A stretch of 64,000 nucleotides of DNA from Candidatus Anderseniibacteriota bacterium (GTDB taxonomy: Bacteria; Patescibacteriota; JAUYIX01), in NCBI GenBank assembly GCA_046350855.1, contig JAXLZM010000001.1:153420-217419 (forward strand), in the 5' to 3' direction. The notes beneath the pieces are model-generated. The model did not search any database and was not told the origin of the DNA. It saw only the letters and a list, made by a program, of their open reading frames with translations. Of this stretch, positions 1-10,087 are shown piece after piece (position 1 is the first letter of the stretch; the number at the start of each line of letters is the position of its first letter). The position numbers and the translations under genes were made by a program.

Positions 1-264
1 GCCCCCAAGGCACGGGTCAAAGCCACGACTTTTTCGAGGAGCGGGGTTTGCAGTCGTTTGAGTTCGTGAGTGATCGCTGTGCTCTCGGCCATAAACAAAA
101 TCCAATCGATATACTGGGCCCGATCCGGCGTGGCATCGATGGTCCCGGGGACCAAACTGTCGGCCGGTTGGTGCTTAAAGCGGCGACGTTCGTTTTGCTG
201 TTCGGCCAAGAGAGGTGGATCCTGCTGGTCAGGTTTACCGGCGATTTTGGGTGCGTCTGGCATG
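1..264 (-). CDS. Partial hypothetical protein (5' part only; runs off window start)
   Basis: Own translation of the minus strand from ATG at 264..262 gives 88 stop-free codons (MPDAPKIAGKPDQQDPPLLAEQQNERRRF...). It lies 17 bp downstream of the lepB stop and is absent from the ORF track because its stop is outside the window. Confidence 0.4.
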
Positions 265-280
265 GAGAGCTAGCGTGAGA

Positions 281-925
281 TTAGTAAGTTGGTTTTTTGA
301 TAGTCTGGGCCCGATCAAAGGGAAACGCTCTAAACCAGGCGCGGCCCACGATATCGGAGCGCTTGATGGGCCCCCAGGAGCGTGAGTCGCTCGAGGCATC
401 ACGGTTATCCCCCAGAACATAATACTCATCCGGTCCGAGCACAACCTCGATATTGGCGGCCAGGATCGAGAGCGGGGTCTGCATCAGATAGCTGGACTCG
501 TTTAAAACGATGTGTTCGCCATCGTGCACCGTAATTTTTCCGTCCTTAATAGTGACCGTCTCGCCCGGCAAACCGATTAAACGCTTGATAAAAAACTGGC
601 TGCGATCTTTAGGATAGTGAAAAATCACGACTTCGCCTCGCTCCGGCTCTCTAAACCTAAAGGAGATCTCATCGACTACTAGGTAATCGTTATCCAAAAA
701 GTTGGGGTCCATACTGTCGCCGTCGACTTCAAAGGGTTGAAACACAAAGACACGAATGGGCACAATAATGACCAACGCAACGAGGACAACTTTGGCGACT
801 TCTAGGGCAAAACGTCCGGCCGCCCCAAAAAAGCGGCCGACTGGGCCAGCTTGACTCAAACGCGGCCGACCACGCGCACCGACGCTGCGGGGCGGTACAC
901 TATAGTCTCCCTGATTCTTTGGCAT
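281..925 (-). CDS. lepB: Signal peptidase I
   Basis: S26 family motifs GDSMDP and GDNRDASSDSRSWGP, with an N-terminal TM segment. Confidence 0.85.
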   Translation of the reverse strand: MPKNQGDYSVPPRSVGARGRPRLSQAGPVGRFFGAAGRFALEVAKVVLVALVIIVPIRVFVFQPFEVDGDSMDPNFLDNDYLVVDEISFRFREPERGEVVIFHYPKDRSQFFIKRLIGLPGETVTIKDGKITVHDGEHIVLNESSYLMQTPLSILAANIEVVLGPDEYYVLGDNRDASSDSRSWGPIKRSDIVGRAWFRAFPFDRAQTIKKPTY

Positions 926-1034
926 AGGCAGAACCGTATAGTACCAGCGTGGGACGCGGTTGTGAACTGCGGGTGATAGTGCCGACGCACGCGGTTGACT
1001 CCTGTCTCCAAAATCAGTATAGTACTGCTCACGA

Positions 1035-2480
1035 ATGACGAGCTATCCGAGCCTCCACGCGCTCCGTAAAAAGGACGCGAAGTCTGCCGTCGCGCAAGCA
1101 ACCGCCTCGACTAAAAAGTCCCTGGCGAGCAATCCTCTCGTGGTCAAAAAGCTCAAGCGGACCAAGAGTAAGCGCACCGTACTCAAGGGTGTCTTGGTTG
1201 CGGCTGCCGTCTTGTTTGTCTCGAGCACGGTCTTTGCCGCTCGTATGCTCACCGTCGGTAACGGCATCTTTGGCGGCAACTCGAGCGACGGTTTTTTTGC
1301 GCAGCTGCGGGCGCTTTTTGGCGATAGCCAACCGCTCATCGGCGAGTCAGAGGATCGGGTCAATATTTTGCTACTCGGGATCGGGGGTGAGGGCCACGAC
1401 GGTCCCAACTTGAGCGACACGATCATCGTGGCTTCGCTCAAGCCCAGCACGGGTGAGGCGGCTATGCTCTCGATCCCGCGCGATTTGTTCGTCCAAATTG
1501 AGGGCTACGGCCAAAACAAAATCAACTCAGCCTATGCGTTTGGGGAGGAACTAGGCTACCCCGGCGGTGGCGCGCAGCTCGCGACTAAAACGATCGAGCA
1601 AGTTACTGGCCTCAAGATTCCCTATTACGCCGTAGTAGATTTTAAGGGCTTTGAGAAAATCGTGGATGATTTGGGTGGCTTAGACGTCACGATCCCACGC
1701 GCTTTTTACGACAACTTACATAAGATCCAGTACGAGGCCGGCCCGACTCACTTTGATGGCAGTAAAGCACTCTATTTTGTGCGGGCTCGCTACGTGGATG
1801 GCCCCGAGGGCGGCGACTTTGCTCGGGCCGGCCGCACCCAACTCATCGCCAAAGCGCTCCAACAAAAAGCCTTGGCACTCAACCCAGTGGCGGACATCGG
1901 TACCATCACCAGCATTTTGCAAAATCTGGGTGATCACGTCCGCACCAATCTCCAACCGCCAGAGCTGCGACGTGTCTATGAGCTGGTGCACGTCCTCTCT
2001 CTCGAGCAAATTCACAATAAAGTGATCGATGAGTCCGAGACTAACTTGGTCTATGGCTCAAGTGTACCCATGGGTGGGCTCAACATCTCGGTGCTCTTGC
2101 CTAACGACGCCACCTTTGGAGCGATCCAGCAGTACGCCGCTAGCGTGTTCGAAAAAGAGCCACCCAAACCCGAGAACGCCACACTGGAAGTCCAAAACGG
2201 GACAGAGACCACCGGGGTGGCGGCAAGTTTTAGTGAGATGGTCACGCTCGATACGCCGGTCATCGCCACGAGTAATGCGGAGCGCTCGGATTACGACGAA
2301 ACCTTTATCGTGGACAACACCGGCGGCACGGTTCCCAATGCGCTCAAGCAGTTACAGGACAAATTACATGCCCTGCATATCGATGCGCGGGTTTTGACGG
2401 CCGCAAGTTACAAAAATGAGTCCGACGCGGATCTGCTGCTAGTACTCGGTCAAGATTTTATCGACGCAACCGCCGAGTAG
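1035..2480 (+). CDS. LytR-CpsA-Psr (LCP) family cell-envelope phosphotransferase
   Basis: N-terminal TM anchor; LCP core NILLLGIGGEGHDGPNLSDTIIVASL...MLSIPRDLFVQIEGYG. Confidence 0.8.
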   Translation: MTSYPSLHALRKKDAKSAVAQATASTKKSLASNPLVVKKLKRTKSKRTVLKGVLVAAAVLFVSSTVFAARMLTVGNGIFGGNSSDGFFAQLRALFGDSQPLIGESEDRVNILLLGIGGEGHDGPNLSDTIIVASLKPSTGEAAMLSIPRDLFVQIEGYGQNKINSAYAFGEELGYPGGGAQLATKTIEQVTGLKIPYYAVVDFKGFEKIVDDLGGLDVTIPRAFYDNLHKIQYEAGPTHFDGSKALYFVRARYVDGPEGGDFARAGRTQLIAKALQQKALALNPVADIGTITSILQNLGDHVRTNLQPPELRRVYELVHVLSLEQIHNKVIDESETNLVYGSSVPMGGLNISVLLPNDATFGAIQQYAASVFEKEPPKPENATLEVQNGTETTGVAASFSEMVTLDTPVIATSNAERSDYDETFIVDNTGGTVPNALKQLQDKLHALHIDARVLTAASYKNESDADLLLVLGQDFIDATAE

Positions 2481-2545
2481 CACTCCTAATCGCGCGGTGG
2501 TGCCGGGCTTGCAAAAGTGGGCAAAATAGGGCAAACTGACCCGTC

Positions 2546-3106
2546 ATGCCAGTGCGTACTAAAAAAATTGTGCTTGTGGGTCTTGGCAACCCCGGCAAAA
2601 AGTATGAGTTCACCCGACACAATCTCGGTTTTAGAGTCTTAGAGCGCGTGCGGGGCGAACTCAGTCTACCAGCGTGGTCACTCCAAAAAGCGTTGGCTGC
2701 AGAGATCAGTGACGGCCGCGTGGATGGCGCCCAAGTAATTTTAGTGCGACCGCAGACTTTTATGAATGAGTCGGGTAAGTCGATCAAAGCCGTGCTCAAA
2801 AAATTTGGCGCGCGCCTGACCAACCTGTGGGTCGTGCACGACGACAAAGACCTGCCGCTTGGTCAGCTCAAGAGCAAGGCCGGGAGTTCCTCGGCCGGAC
2901 ACCGGGGCGTGGACTCATTGATCAGCGAGCTTGGGAGCAACAATTTTAAGCGCTACCGCATGGGGATTTGGGCGGATTCGGCCGAGGGTATCGAGACCGA
3001 CAAGTTTGTCATCACCAAGTTTTTGCCGGAGGAGGAACCGACCGTGCGCAACTTTATCGACAAAACCACCGAGCAACTCATTAGCGATCTCGGCCTCAAG
3101 CGTTAA
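2546..3106 (+). CDS. pth: Peptidyl-tRNA hydrolase
   Basis: LVGLGNPGKKYEFTRHNLGF N-terminus; length 186 aa. Confidence 0.9.
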   Translation: MPVRTKKIVLVGLGNPGKKYEFTRHNLGFRVLERVRGELSLPAWSLQKALAAEISDGRVDGAQVILVRPQTFMNESGKSIKAVLKKFGARLTNLWVVHDDKDLPLGQLKSKAGSSSAGHRGVDSLISELGSNNFKRYRMGIWADSAEGIETDKFVITKFLPEEEPTVRNFIDKTTEQLISDLGLKR

Positions 3107-3127
3107 AGAGCTACAGAATTGTAAGCG

Positions 3128-3162
3128 AAAAAAGAAAAGCGCGCCGACCGCAGTCAGCGCGC
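3128..3162 (-). terminator. Putative intrinsic terminator for the minus-strand small gene ending at 3182
   Basis: Perfect GCGCGC/GCGCGC stem (3139-3144 / 3157-3162) followed on the minus strand by TTTTCTTTTTT. Confidence 0.5.
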
Positions 3163-3311
3163 ACCTGGGAAATTGGATGAATCAATACAAGAAGAAGTAG
3201 TCCAGGACCTCGTCCAACTTCTTGTCGCGGGTGGAACGGAAATCGGCCCGTTTGCCCCCGCTCTGTACGTTCTGTGGAACGATCACGGGTGGCTGTTCAC
3301 GCTCCTGCGTG

Positions 3312-3575
3312 TCACTGGAGACGGGACTCTGCGATTGCTTTTCCATCGGTTGCTCCTGTGTAGAGGCCACTGCCTTTACAGTGTGGACACAGTTCGTACT
3401 GGCCTTTGAGGCGGAGATACGCAGTTTGGTTTGGTCCGACCTTGACTGGATCGAGACGCTCCACATAACAACTCCCCTTGCAGGTTGTGCAAGGCGGACT
3501 TTTCTCGAATTCACTCATGTGCATCCTCCCCAAAGTCCCACTGTTGGGCTGCATATAACCAGCGGTTATATGCAC
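3312..3575 (-). CDS. Small zinc-ribbon protein (CxxC...CxxC)
   Basis: PPCTTCKGSCY...YELCPHCKGSGLY four-Cys motif. The overlapping ORF 3182..3514 in another frame ends next to the terminator, so the gene may be a frameshifted 3182..3575 unit. Confidence 0.4.
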   Translation of the reverse strand: MHITAGYMQPNSGTLGRMHMSEFEKSPPCTTCKGSCYVERLDPVKVGPNQTAYLRLKGQYELCPHCKGSGLYTGATDGKAIAESRLQ

Positions 3576-3971
3576 TTAGCTGGTTGGAGGTAAAGGAGGA
3601 AACCCGCCAACCGGACTCAACAGCAGGACACTGGGGAAGATCTCGCTTTTAAATGTACCTCCTAGATGTGCCTTACGCGTGACAAACAAATGTCAGCTCT
3701 CATCGATCGGCCAAAGGGGCCTCTCGACCAGAGGAGCACACCACCGTAGCAAAAAACCAAGCGTGTGTCAACGATGGCTCAGTTAAGCCGACTTACCCCT
3801 AGCATGGCTGAACCACGCCACGTTTTTTTGGCTTTTTGCAGCCAAAAGCTACCTTGACTGAGAGACTATTTTATGCTAGCTTGGTTGGTCCAGTTCTAGC
3901 TCGCTCTCTCCCAACCTATTCCCCTATTCACCGCCCTACTGACTTGCCGGAGCACCGGCAGAAAGGTCGCC

Positions 3972-4715
3972 ATGAAGACGTTTGCCCATCTAATGCTGGC
4001 CCTAATCATCGGCTGCACCTGTACCTGGACGGCCAAGGCCGACAGCACGCTCGAGAAGGCCGCGCGCTCGACGCGCAAGTTCGTCCAGGAGCGACACGAG
4101 GAGCACAAGGAGCTCCTCAAGTCTCCACGACTGATCACGGTTCCTCAGGGACCGGAGTGCTACGACTATCCCCTGATCTACTTTCCGGAGGGCAGTCAGC
4201 GCACCAAGCGCGCCTACTACATCACGCGTCACTACCAGGCTTGGTCCCCCGGCTACGGGTATCGCCACTCGCGACACTACAGCGACTTCACCTTCCGCTT
4301 ACCACATTTTATCGTCCTGCTGGATGGCCGGCCGTACTGCGAGGTGGAGCGGAGTTTCGACTGCCAGTTCATCCTTGGTGACAGCTACTACAGCAGCGGA
4401 GCGTTTCGCCGCGACTACATCGTCGAGCGCTCGCACCAGATCTGGGATCAGGCCGCAGGTGCCAGTGAGCCCGAGTGGACCATCCTGCCCGGAGCGGTAC
4501 GACGCGACGTTCGGCCAAACTTACTGTTTGGTCCGGTCGACGCCTTGACGACGGCTTCCAAGCGCGCCGTCTGCCACAAGCACAACAACAGCGAAAAGTG
4601 CGTGGTGACTTTTGGTCCACTGACCGGAGGGATGCTCCGAGAAGTCGGAACCGTGACCGGTCCCGATGGACAGGAGCATACGGCCTATTGCCCTGAGGGG
4701 AATCGCTGCGAGTGA
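3972..4715 (+). CDS. Secreted Cys-rich protein (signal peptide; YC-x-C motifs)
   Basis: N-terminal signal peptide MKTFAHLMLALIIGCTCTWTAKA; motifs RPYCEVERSFDC and TAYCPEGNRCE. Confidence 0.6.
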   Translation: MKTFAHLMLALIIGCTCTWTAKADSTLEKAARSTRKFVQERHEEHKELLKSPRLITVPQGPECYDYPLIYFPEGSQRTKRAYYITRHYQAWSPGYGYRHSRHYSDFTFRLPHFIVLLDGRPYCEVERSFDCQFILGDSYYSSGAFRRDYIVERSHQIWDQAAGASEPEWTILPGAVRRDVRPNLLFGPVDALTTASKRAVCHKHNNSEKCVVTFGPLTGGMLREVGTVTGPDGQEHTAYCPEGNRCE

Positions 4716-4870
4716 TCCATGTATCACTCGTCGACGCTCCAGCTGACTACGGTCGGCTGGAGCTTTTCTTTATCTTGACAAAGACCAAGAATACGTGCAT
4801 CCTGTTCAGTCCCGAAAATTTCGAACGTTCATCTCGATACAATCGATATAACCGACTACCAGGAGGTGCT

Positions 4871-5524
4871 ATGTCCCGACGCAGCAGAGCGATGGTGTTC
4901 TGCCTGATTGCACAACTCAGCAACATGATTGGTCAAGCGGGCGAAAATCCCCTCAAGTCGTTGGAGATCAAGTACGAGCGTCACAAGCTCAGGGAGAACC
5001 GCGAAGAAGGCGCCGAACACGACATCGACTGTACTATCCGCAAGCGTGCGGAGGGTGCCTACTGCGTAGTCCATGAGACCACGGATCCTACGCGCTGCCC
5101 GACCCTCGCGCACGGCAACTGGAAAGGTGACGCCTGGACCACGTGCGTGCCGACGATCGATGACAAAGGGTTTGCCTACTGCGCCGAGCATGACCTCTAC
5201 ACGTGCTACCTGCTGCGATACTGGAGTCCCGAGTCGGACAGTGATTCGGCGATCGACCATGCGCCGGCAGAATGCAAAAAGGTCAACAGGGATGGCCGAC
5301 CCTACTGCGCTAAGCACGACACTTTTGCGTGTTTTACGCCGCGATTGGTTTGTCGGTTGCATCCGGGCAAACTGTGCGGCGTAGTGCGGGCTGGCTCACG
5401 AGAGAGCCCAGGAATGGTCCTCGTTGAGGACGGTGAAGAGTCCAAGCAAATCCCCGTATTGAGCTTGCTTGCGCCTAACGCTGCTACCCGCCACACCGCG
5501 TATATCTGGGTTGAACCACGGTAA
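4871..5524 (+). CDS. Cys-rich repeat protein with three (A/P)YC-x-x-HD/HE motifs; paralog-like to the upstream gene
   Basis: AGGAGG RBS 5 nt before ATG at 4871; repeats GAYCVVHETTDPTRC, FAYCAEHDLYTCY, RPYCAKHDTFACF. Confidence 0.6.
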   Translation: MSRRSRAMVFCLIAQLSNMIGQAGENPLKSLEIKYERHKLRENREEGAEHDIDCTIRKRAEGAYCVVHETTDPTRCPTLAHGNWKGDAWTTCVPTIDDKGFAYCAEHDLYTCYLLRYWSPESDSDSAIDHAPAECKKVNRDGRPYCAKHDTFACFTPRLVCRLHPGKLCGVVRAGSRESPGMVLVEDGEESKQIPVLSLLAPNAATRHTAYIWVEPR

Positions 5525-5586
5525 CCCTGTGGACGGTTGGACCAAATCTAAAACCCCGACGAGAAAACATCTCGCCGGGGTTCTTT

Positions 5587-6030
5587 TTAACCTTGATCCA
5601 TCTCGCGCTGTGGGACGTCCACCTCCGTAGTGCGACTCGGCGCGTCCAGGAGAACCGGAATCAGCTTTGGGTCCATCTCGTCATGCCGGAGGTTGCTCGT
5701 GATATTGGTAATGCCCGGCTCAAACAGCCTCCGCATCACGAGCTCCAAGACAGCAAAGTACTCGCTGTCCGTACGCTTGAAGTCGCGAGCGGCAGCAACG
5801 ATCTCGTTGAACATGTCTTCGGCAGCATGTTCGGTGCCGCGAGCATCTTCTATCGGACCTAGCCAGCTCACGTTGGTACGCGGGATCAGCACATCCAGAA
5901 TGTCCCGCGCGAGAAAAAAGCCCAACCGTCGATCGTATGCATCATTCTCGAGACGATGGACGCGGTCCACTACTTTTTCGACAAAGCGTTGCCGCTCGTA
6001 CTCGCGGCGTTCAATCGCAAGCATTCCCAT
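5587..6030 (-). CDS. Hypothetical protein
   Basis: 147-aa ORF with no recognised motif. Confidence 0.4.
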   Translation of the reverse strand: MGMLAIERREYERQRFVEKVVDRVHRLENDAYDRRLGFFLARDILDVLIPRTNVSWLGPIEDARGTEHAAEDMFNEIVAAARDFKRTDSEYFAVLELVMRRLFEPGITNITSNLRHDEMDPKLIPVLLDAPSRTTEVDVPQREMDQG

Positions 6031-6146
6031 AATTCGGGTCCTTTCTTCTAGAGAGAACTGGCTTTTCTCTAACGTGTTCTGCCAGGCACGTCAATGTTCA
6101 GCCAGTTGACGATGCACTAAATCCGAGGTATAGTGGTGGCAGTGTA

Positions 6147-9100
6147 ATGGAGCCTACGCATGTTTCTGCACTTGAGGCTCTAGTTTCTTCCGCCTACAAA
6201 AAAGCAACAAAGAAGCCCCAACGCCCCGCCGGAAAAGCCCTGCGCCTGGACGTGGGTGGCGTTACGGAAGCCGCTAGATCCTATCTCATCGCAGGGACCC
6301 CAAGTTTACGTCGGGGGCCCGTTTTGATCGTGACCAGCGATAACGAGCACGCCCAAATCTGGGAGAACGAGTTGCGTTTTTGGCTCAAGCGGTTGAACAC
6401 CGATACAAAGAGTGGCGATGGCGCTCAAGCCACGGCCGACCCCTTAGTCATCCGTTATGACGAACTCCCCGAGTCCGAGCAGCTCTCACAAGTACCAAGT
6501 TTACGTCGCTACAAAAATCTAGGGGTAAGTGGCCGTATGCTTGCCAACGAGTGGGCTTTTTTATCGTGCCGGTGCGTGGATTTGTCGAGCGACTCCCGGC
6601 GGTCGAGCGCTTTAAGGCCATGACCGTGCGGCTCTCGGTTGGTGACACGGCCAGCCAGTCTAAGGTCTTGCATGATCTTGAGGAGATTGGATACGAGCCA
6701 GCCGATGTCGCAACTACGGTTGGTACCTTTGCCCGGCGGGGTGAACTGTTGGAAGTCTACTCACCCCATGAGACGCATCCGGTACGGATTACGTTTGCGG
6801 GTTCGACCGTAGAGTCGATCGTGCATTTTGATATCGAAACTAAGAAACCGTTGGCTGAGACCAGCCAAGCTGCATCCGGTTCAACCACTGGCGTACAACA
6901 AATGCGCGCGGTACCGCTCAAGTTGCTGATGAGCCAGGGGCGGTTGATAAAATACTTGGGCGATCCGAGCAAATGGTCGGTCGTGATCGATGACCCAGAC
7001 GACCTCAAAGCCTCGATCGATCCGCTCGGTCTCAAAAATGAGCAGGAGTGGCGAGGACTGACTAAAGAGTTGGCCACGGCCGGCATGATTACCTTCCACG
7101 CTTTTTTGGAAGAGAAAACGGCCGACACGCACTTATTTAACTTTACGGTTCCTCCTTTGTTTAGAGGGCACTTGCCGAGTTTGCGTGAAGAGATCAAAGA
7201 GTTCCATCGTAAAAAATACGCTATCCGTGTGCTGACCGGTGATGCGGCCAAAATCCGCGCGTCATTAGATAGCTCGGTTAACTATGTCGACGTCGAGATG
7301 GTCTCCGGCAGTTTGCGGGAGAACTTAGCCGGCTTTAGAGATGGCACCGGTAAGTTGCTGGTCCTGACCGACCGAGAGATTTACGGACCAGAGTCGGTTC
7401 AGCCGGCAAAAATGCGCAAGGCTAAGCGTTTTGATCAGGCCTTTATTGGAGAACTCGAGCCGGGGCATTACGTGGTGCACGTCGATCACGGTATCGGGCG
7501 CTTTTTGGGAATGGTGCACAATTTGCTGTCCGGGATCGAGAAGGAATATTTTGTACTGCAGTACGCTGAGGGCGATCGGTTGTACGTGCCGGTCGAGGCG
7601 GCCGAGAAGTTGTCCCGTTATATAGGAGCGGCTAATCCGGTGATTCACCGCTTGTCCGAGACCTCTTGGATGCAAATCCGAGCGCAGCTTAAAGAGTCGA
7701 CCGAGAAGTTGGCTAAGGAGTTGCTGCAGTTGTATGCGGAGCGGCAGGTACGAGGTGGCATGCAGTTTAAGCCCGAACAAGCCATGGAGCGCGAGTTTGC
7801 TAAGACGTTTCCGTATGAGGAGACGCCGGATCAATTACGGGCTTGGCACGAGATTCAGTTGGATATGCAACGGCCGCGACCAATGGACCGACTCTTGGTC
7901 GGGTGATGTGGGCTTTGGCAAAACCGAGGTGGCTATGCGCACGTTGTTTAAGGCCGCGGTCAACGGCAAGCAAGCCGCGATCCTGGCTCCGACCACGATT
8001 TTGGCGGACCAGCACTACAAGAATATTACGAAACGCTTTTCGAGTTTCCCGTTTAGCGTGGGAGCACTGTCGCGCTTTCAAAGTCCCAAGGAGCAGCGCG
8101 AGACGATTGCCAAGCTGCGGGCTCGGCACGATCGATGTGGTCGTGGGCACGCACCGGCTACTCTCCAAGGATATTGAGTTTAAGGATCTAGGGAGTGGTG
8201 GTGGTGGACGAGGAGCAGCGCTTTGGGGTGGAACACAAAGAGCGCCTCAAAAAATTACGCTCTAATGTACACGTGCTTGTCACTTGTCAGCTACCCCGAT
8301 CCCGCGGACGTTGCAGTTCTCCCTGTCTGGTATCCGCGATATCTCAACAATCGAGACTCCCCCGCCCGGACGCTACCCGATCGAGACCAAAGTGGCCGTG
8401 TATGACGATCGCGAGATCAAAGCGGCCCTTGAGTTTGAACTCAAACGCGGTGGCCAGGCCTATATTTTGCACAATCGCGTGGAGACGATTGGTACCTTTG
8501 CCAAAAAAATTGCCAGCTTGGTGCCCAAGGCGCGGGTACGCGTGGGTCACGGCCAGCTCCCCGAGACCGAACTCGCCAGCGTCATGGAGGATTTTTACAA
8601 TCGTAAATACGACGTGCTTGTGGCCTCGACCATTATCGAGAACGGTCTTGATATCCCGAGCGTCAACACGATCATCGTGGACCAATCAACAAACTTTGGC
8701 TTGTCACAGTTGTACCAGTTGCGTGGTCGCATCGGTCGCGGCAACCAACGCGCCTACGCCTACCTCTTTTATAACCGCCAGGATCTTAAAGGTCCCGCTC
8801 GCTCTCGCTTGTTAGCGCTGCTCGAGGCTACCGAGCTTGGTTCAGGCTTCCAGATTGCATTGCGTGACTTGGAGTTGCGTGGTGCCGGTAACTTGCTGGG
8901 CGGCGAGCAGTCTGGTCAGATCAAGTCGGTCGGTCTCAATATGTATCTGCGCTTACTCCATCGCGCGGTTCAGGAGATTAAGACGGGTGTTAAGGAGACC
9001 CCGATTTTGGATGTGACCATTGATGTTCCTCTGCCGGCGTATTTCCCGGTTACCTATGTGCCGGATGAACGCGAACGCCTCTCGCTCTACCAGTTTTTGG

Positions 9101-9495
9101 CGAGCGTCACGGATCCTAAAAAGCTGGCCCAAGAAAAAGCGCAGCTCGGCAAGGAGCACGGCAAGCTGCCCGCACAAGCGACTAACTTCTTTAACCTGCT
9201 GGAATGGAAGCTGCTCGCCGCTAAAGCGCATGTACTCTCAATTACGACCAGTGGCGTGCGCTCGGGCGATGTCGCAGAGGGCTTGCTCACACTGGAGTTT
9301 GTCAGCGAGCCGCCTTATGGCCGCATCAATCGGGTTCTGACGGATGTAAGCCCGGCTTGGCAACTCAAGGACAACCTTATGCGCATTACGATCGGCACGC
9401 TCGGAGGCGATGATCCGCGCAGCTGGACCGCTAAGCTCGAGCAGACCTTACGTATTTTGTCAGAGCCGGTGGCGGACGAAAAACAAAAGGCCTAA
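6147..9495 (+). pseudogene. mfd: Transcription-repair coupling factor Mfd, interrupted by at least five frameshifts
   Basis: Mfd segments in order across four frames: N-terminal module (6147..6623), RID/translocase N-part (6551..7906), Walker [11 protein letters not shown] (7913..), [11 protein letters not shown] (in 7843..8265), VVVDEEQRFGVEHKE (in 8195..8815), SATPIPRTL...TRCD C-part (8284..9495). Breaks at about 6555 (T6 run), 7900, 8125, 8195 and 8280. Confidence 0.8.
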
Positions 9496-9523
9496 AAAAG
9501 AAGCCCCTCGTAAGACAAGGGGC
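9496..9523 (-). terminator. Intrinsic terminator (minus strand) overlapping the stop of 9523..9930
   Basis: AGCCCCT/AGGGGCT 7-bp stem followed on the minus strand by TCTTTTTT. Confidence 0.55.
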
Positions 9524-9930
9524 TAGCGCGTAGCAAGAAGTGTGGGTTCGAGCTGGTTGATCAATACCATCGCCGAGGAGTGGTACTGTTTTTCTCGTAC
9601 GATACTCAGGAGCTGATCCAGCCGTGCGCGTCGAGCAGCCATCTGAGCCGAGGGCGCCGGGGACGGATACGAGAGCTCCAGGATCCCTTTGCACTTGTAC
9701 AGCTGCAGGTAGTACTGATCATTGATGGATTGTTCAGCAGTTAGGTTCAGGGACTCCTGTCGCAAGCACAGGTACTCGAGGGCCGCTTGCAGGAGCTGGT
9801 TGTCAAACGAGACGTTGTCCATGCGAGTCTGGATCCAAGCCATCTCTCGATTGATCCCATACAGCTGCTGACGCATCCGTACCTCGAGTAGGCAGATGCC
9901 GATGATAACACTCACAAAGAGCCATCCCAT
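9523..9930 (-). CDS. Membrane-anchored coiled-coil protein (possibly FtsB/DivIC-like)
   Basis: N-terminal TM WLFVSVIIGICLL followed by a heptad-like region. Confidence 0.45.
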   Translation of the reverse strand: MGWLFVSVIIGICLLEVRMRQQLYGINREMAWIQTRMDNVSFDNQLLQAALEYLCLRQESLNLTAEQSINDQYYLQLYKCKGILELSYPSPAPSAQMAARRARLDQLLSIVREKQYHSSAMVLINQLEPTLLATR

Positions 9931-10087
9931 TCCGTTGACCTCCCGTTTGTTCCGTGAGGCGAGTCTGCTCCAGAGCAGTAGTCAGGTCAAGTTGCTCTCT
10001 CAAGTAAAACGCGCTATAGCAAGTTAAATTCACACCACCGCCGCTTTTTCTTATCTTTTCTTAAGCTGACTTTGGTAAGACGGATAC

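Noticed and set aside
3836-4381. 181-aa plus-strand ORF overlapping the secreted Cys-rich gene
   Set aside because: Arg/Pro/Gly-rich translation typical of an off-frame read of GC-rich coding DNA. The overlapping frame has a signal peptide and Cys motif.
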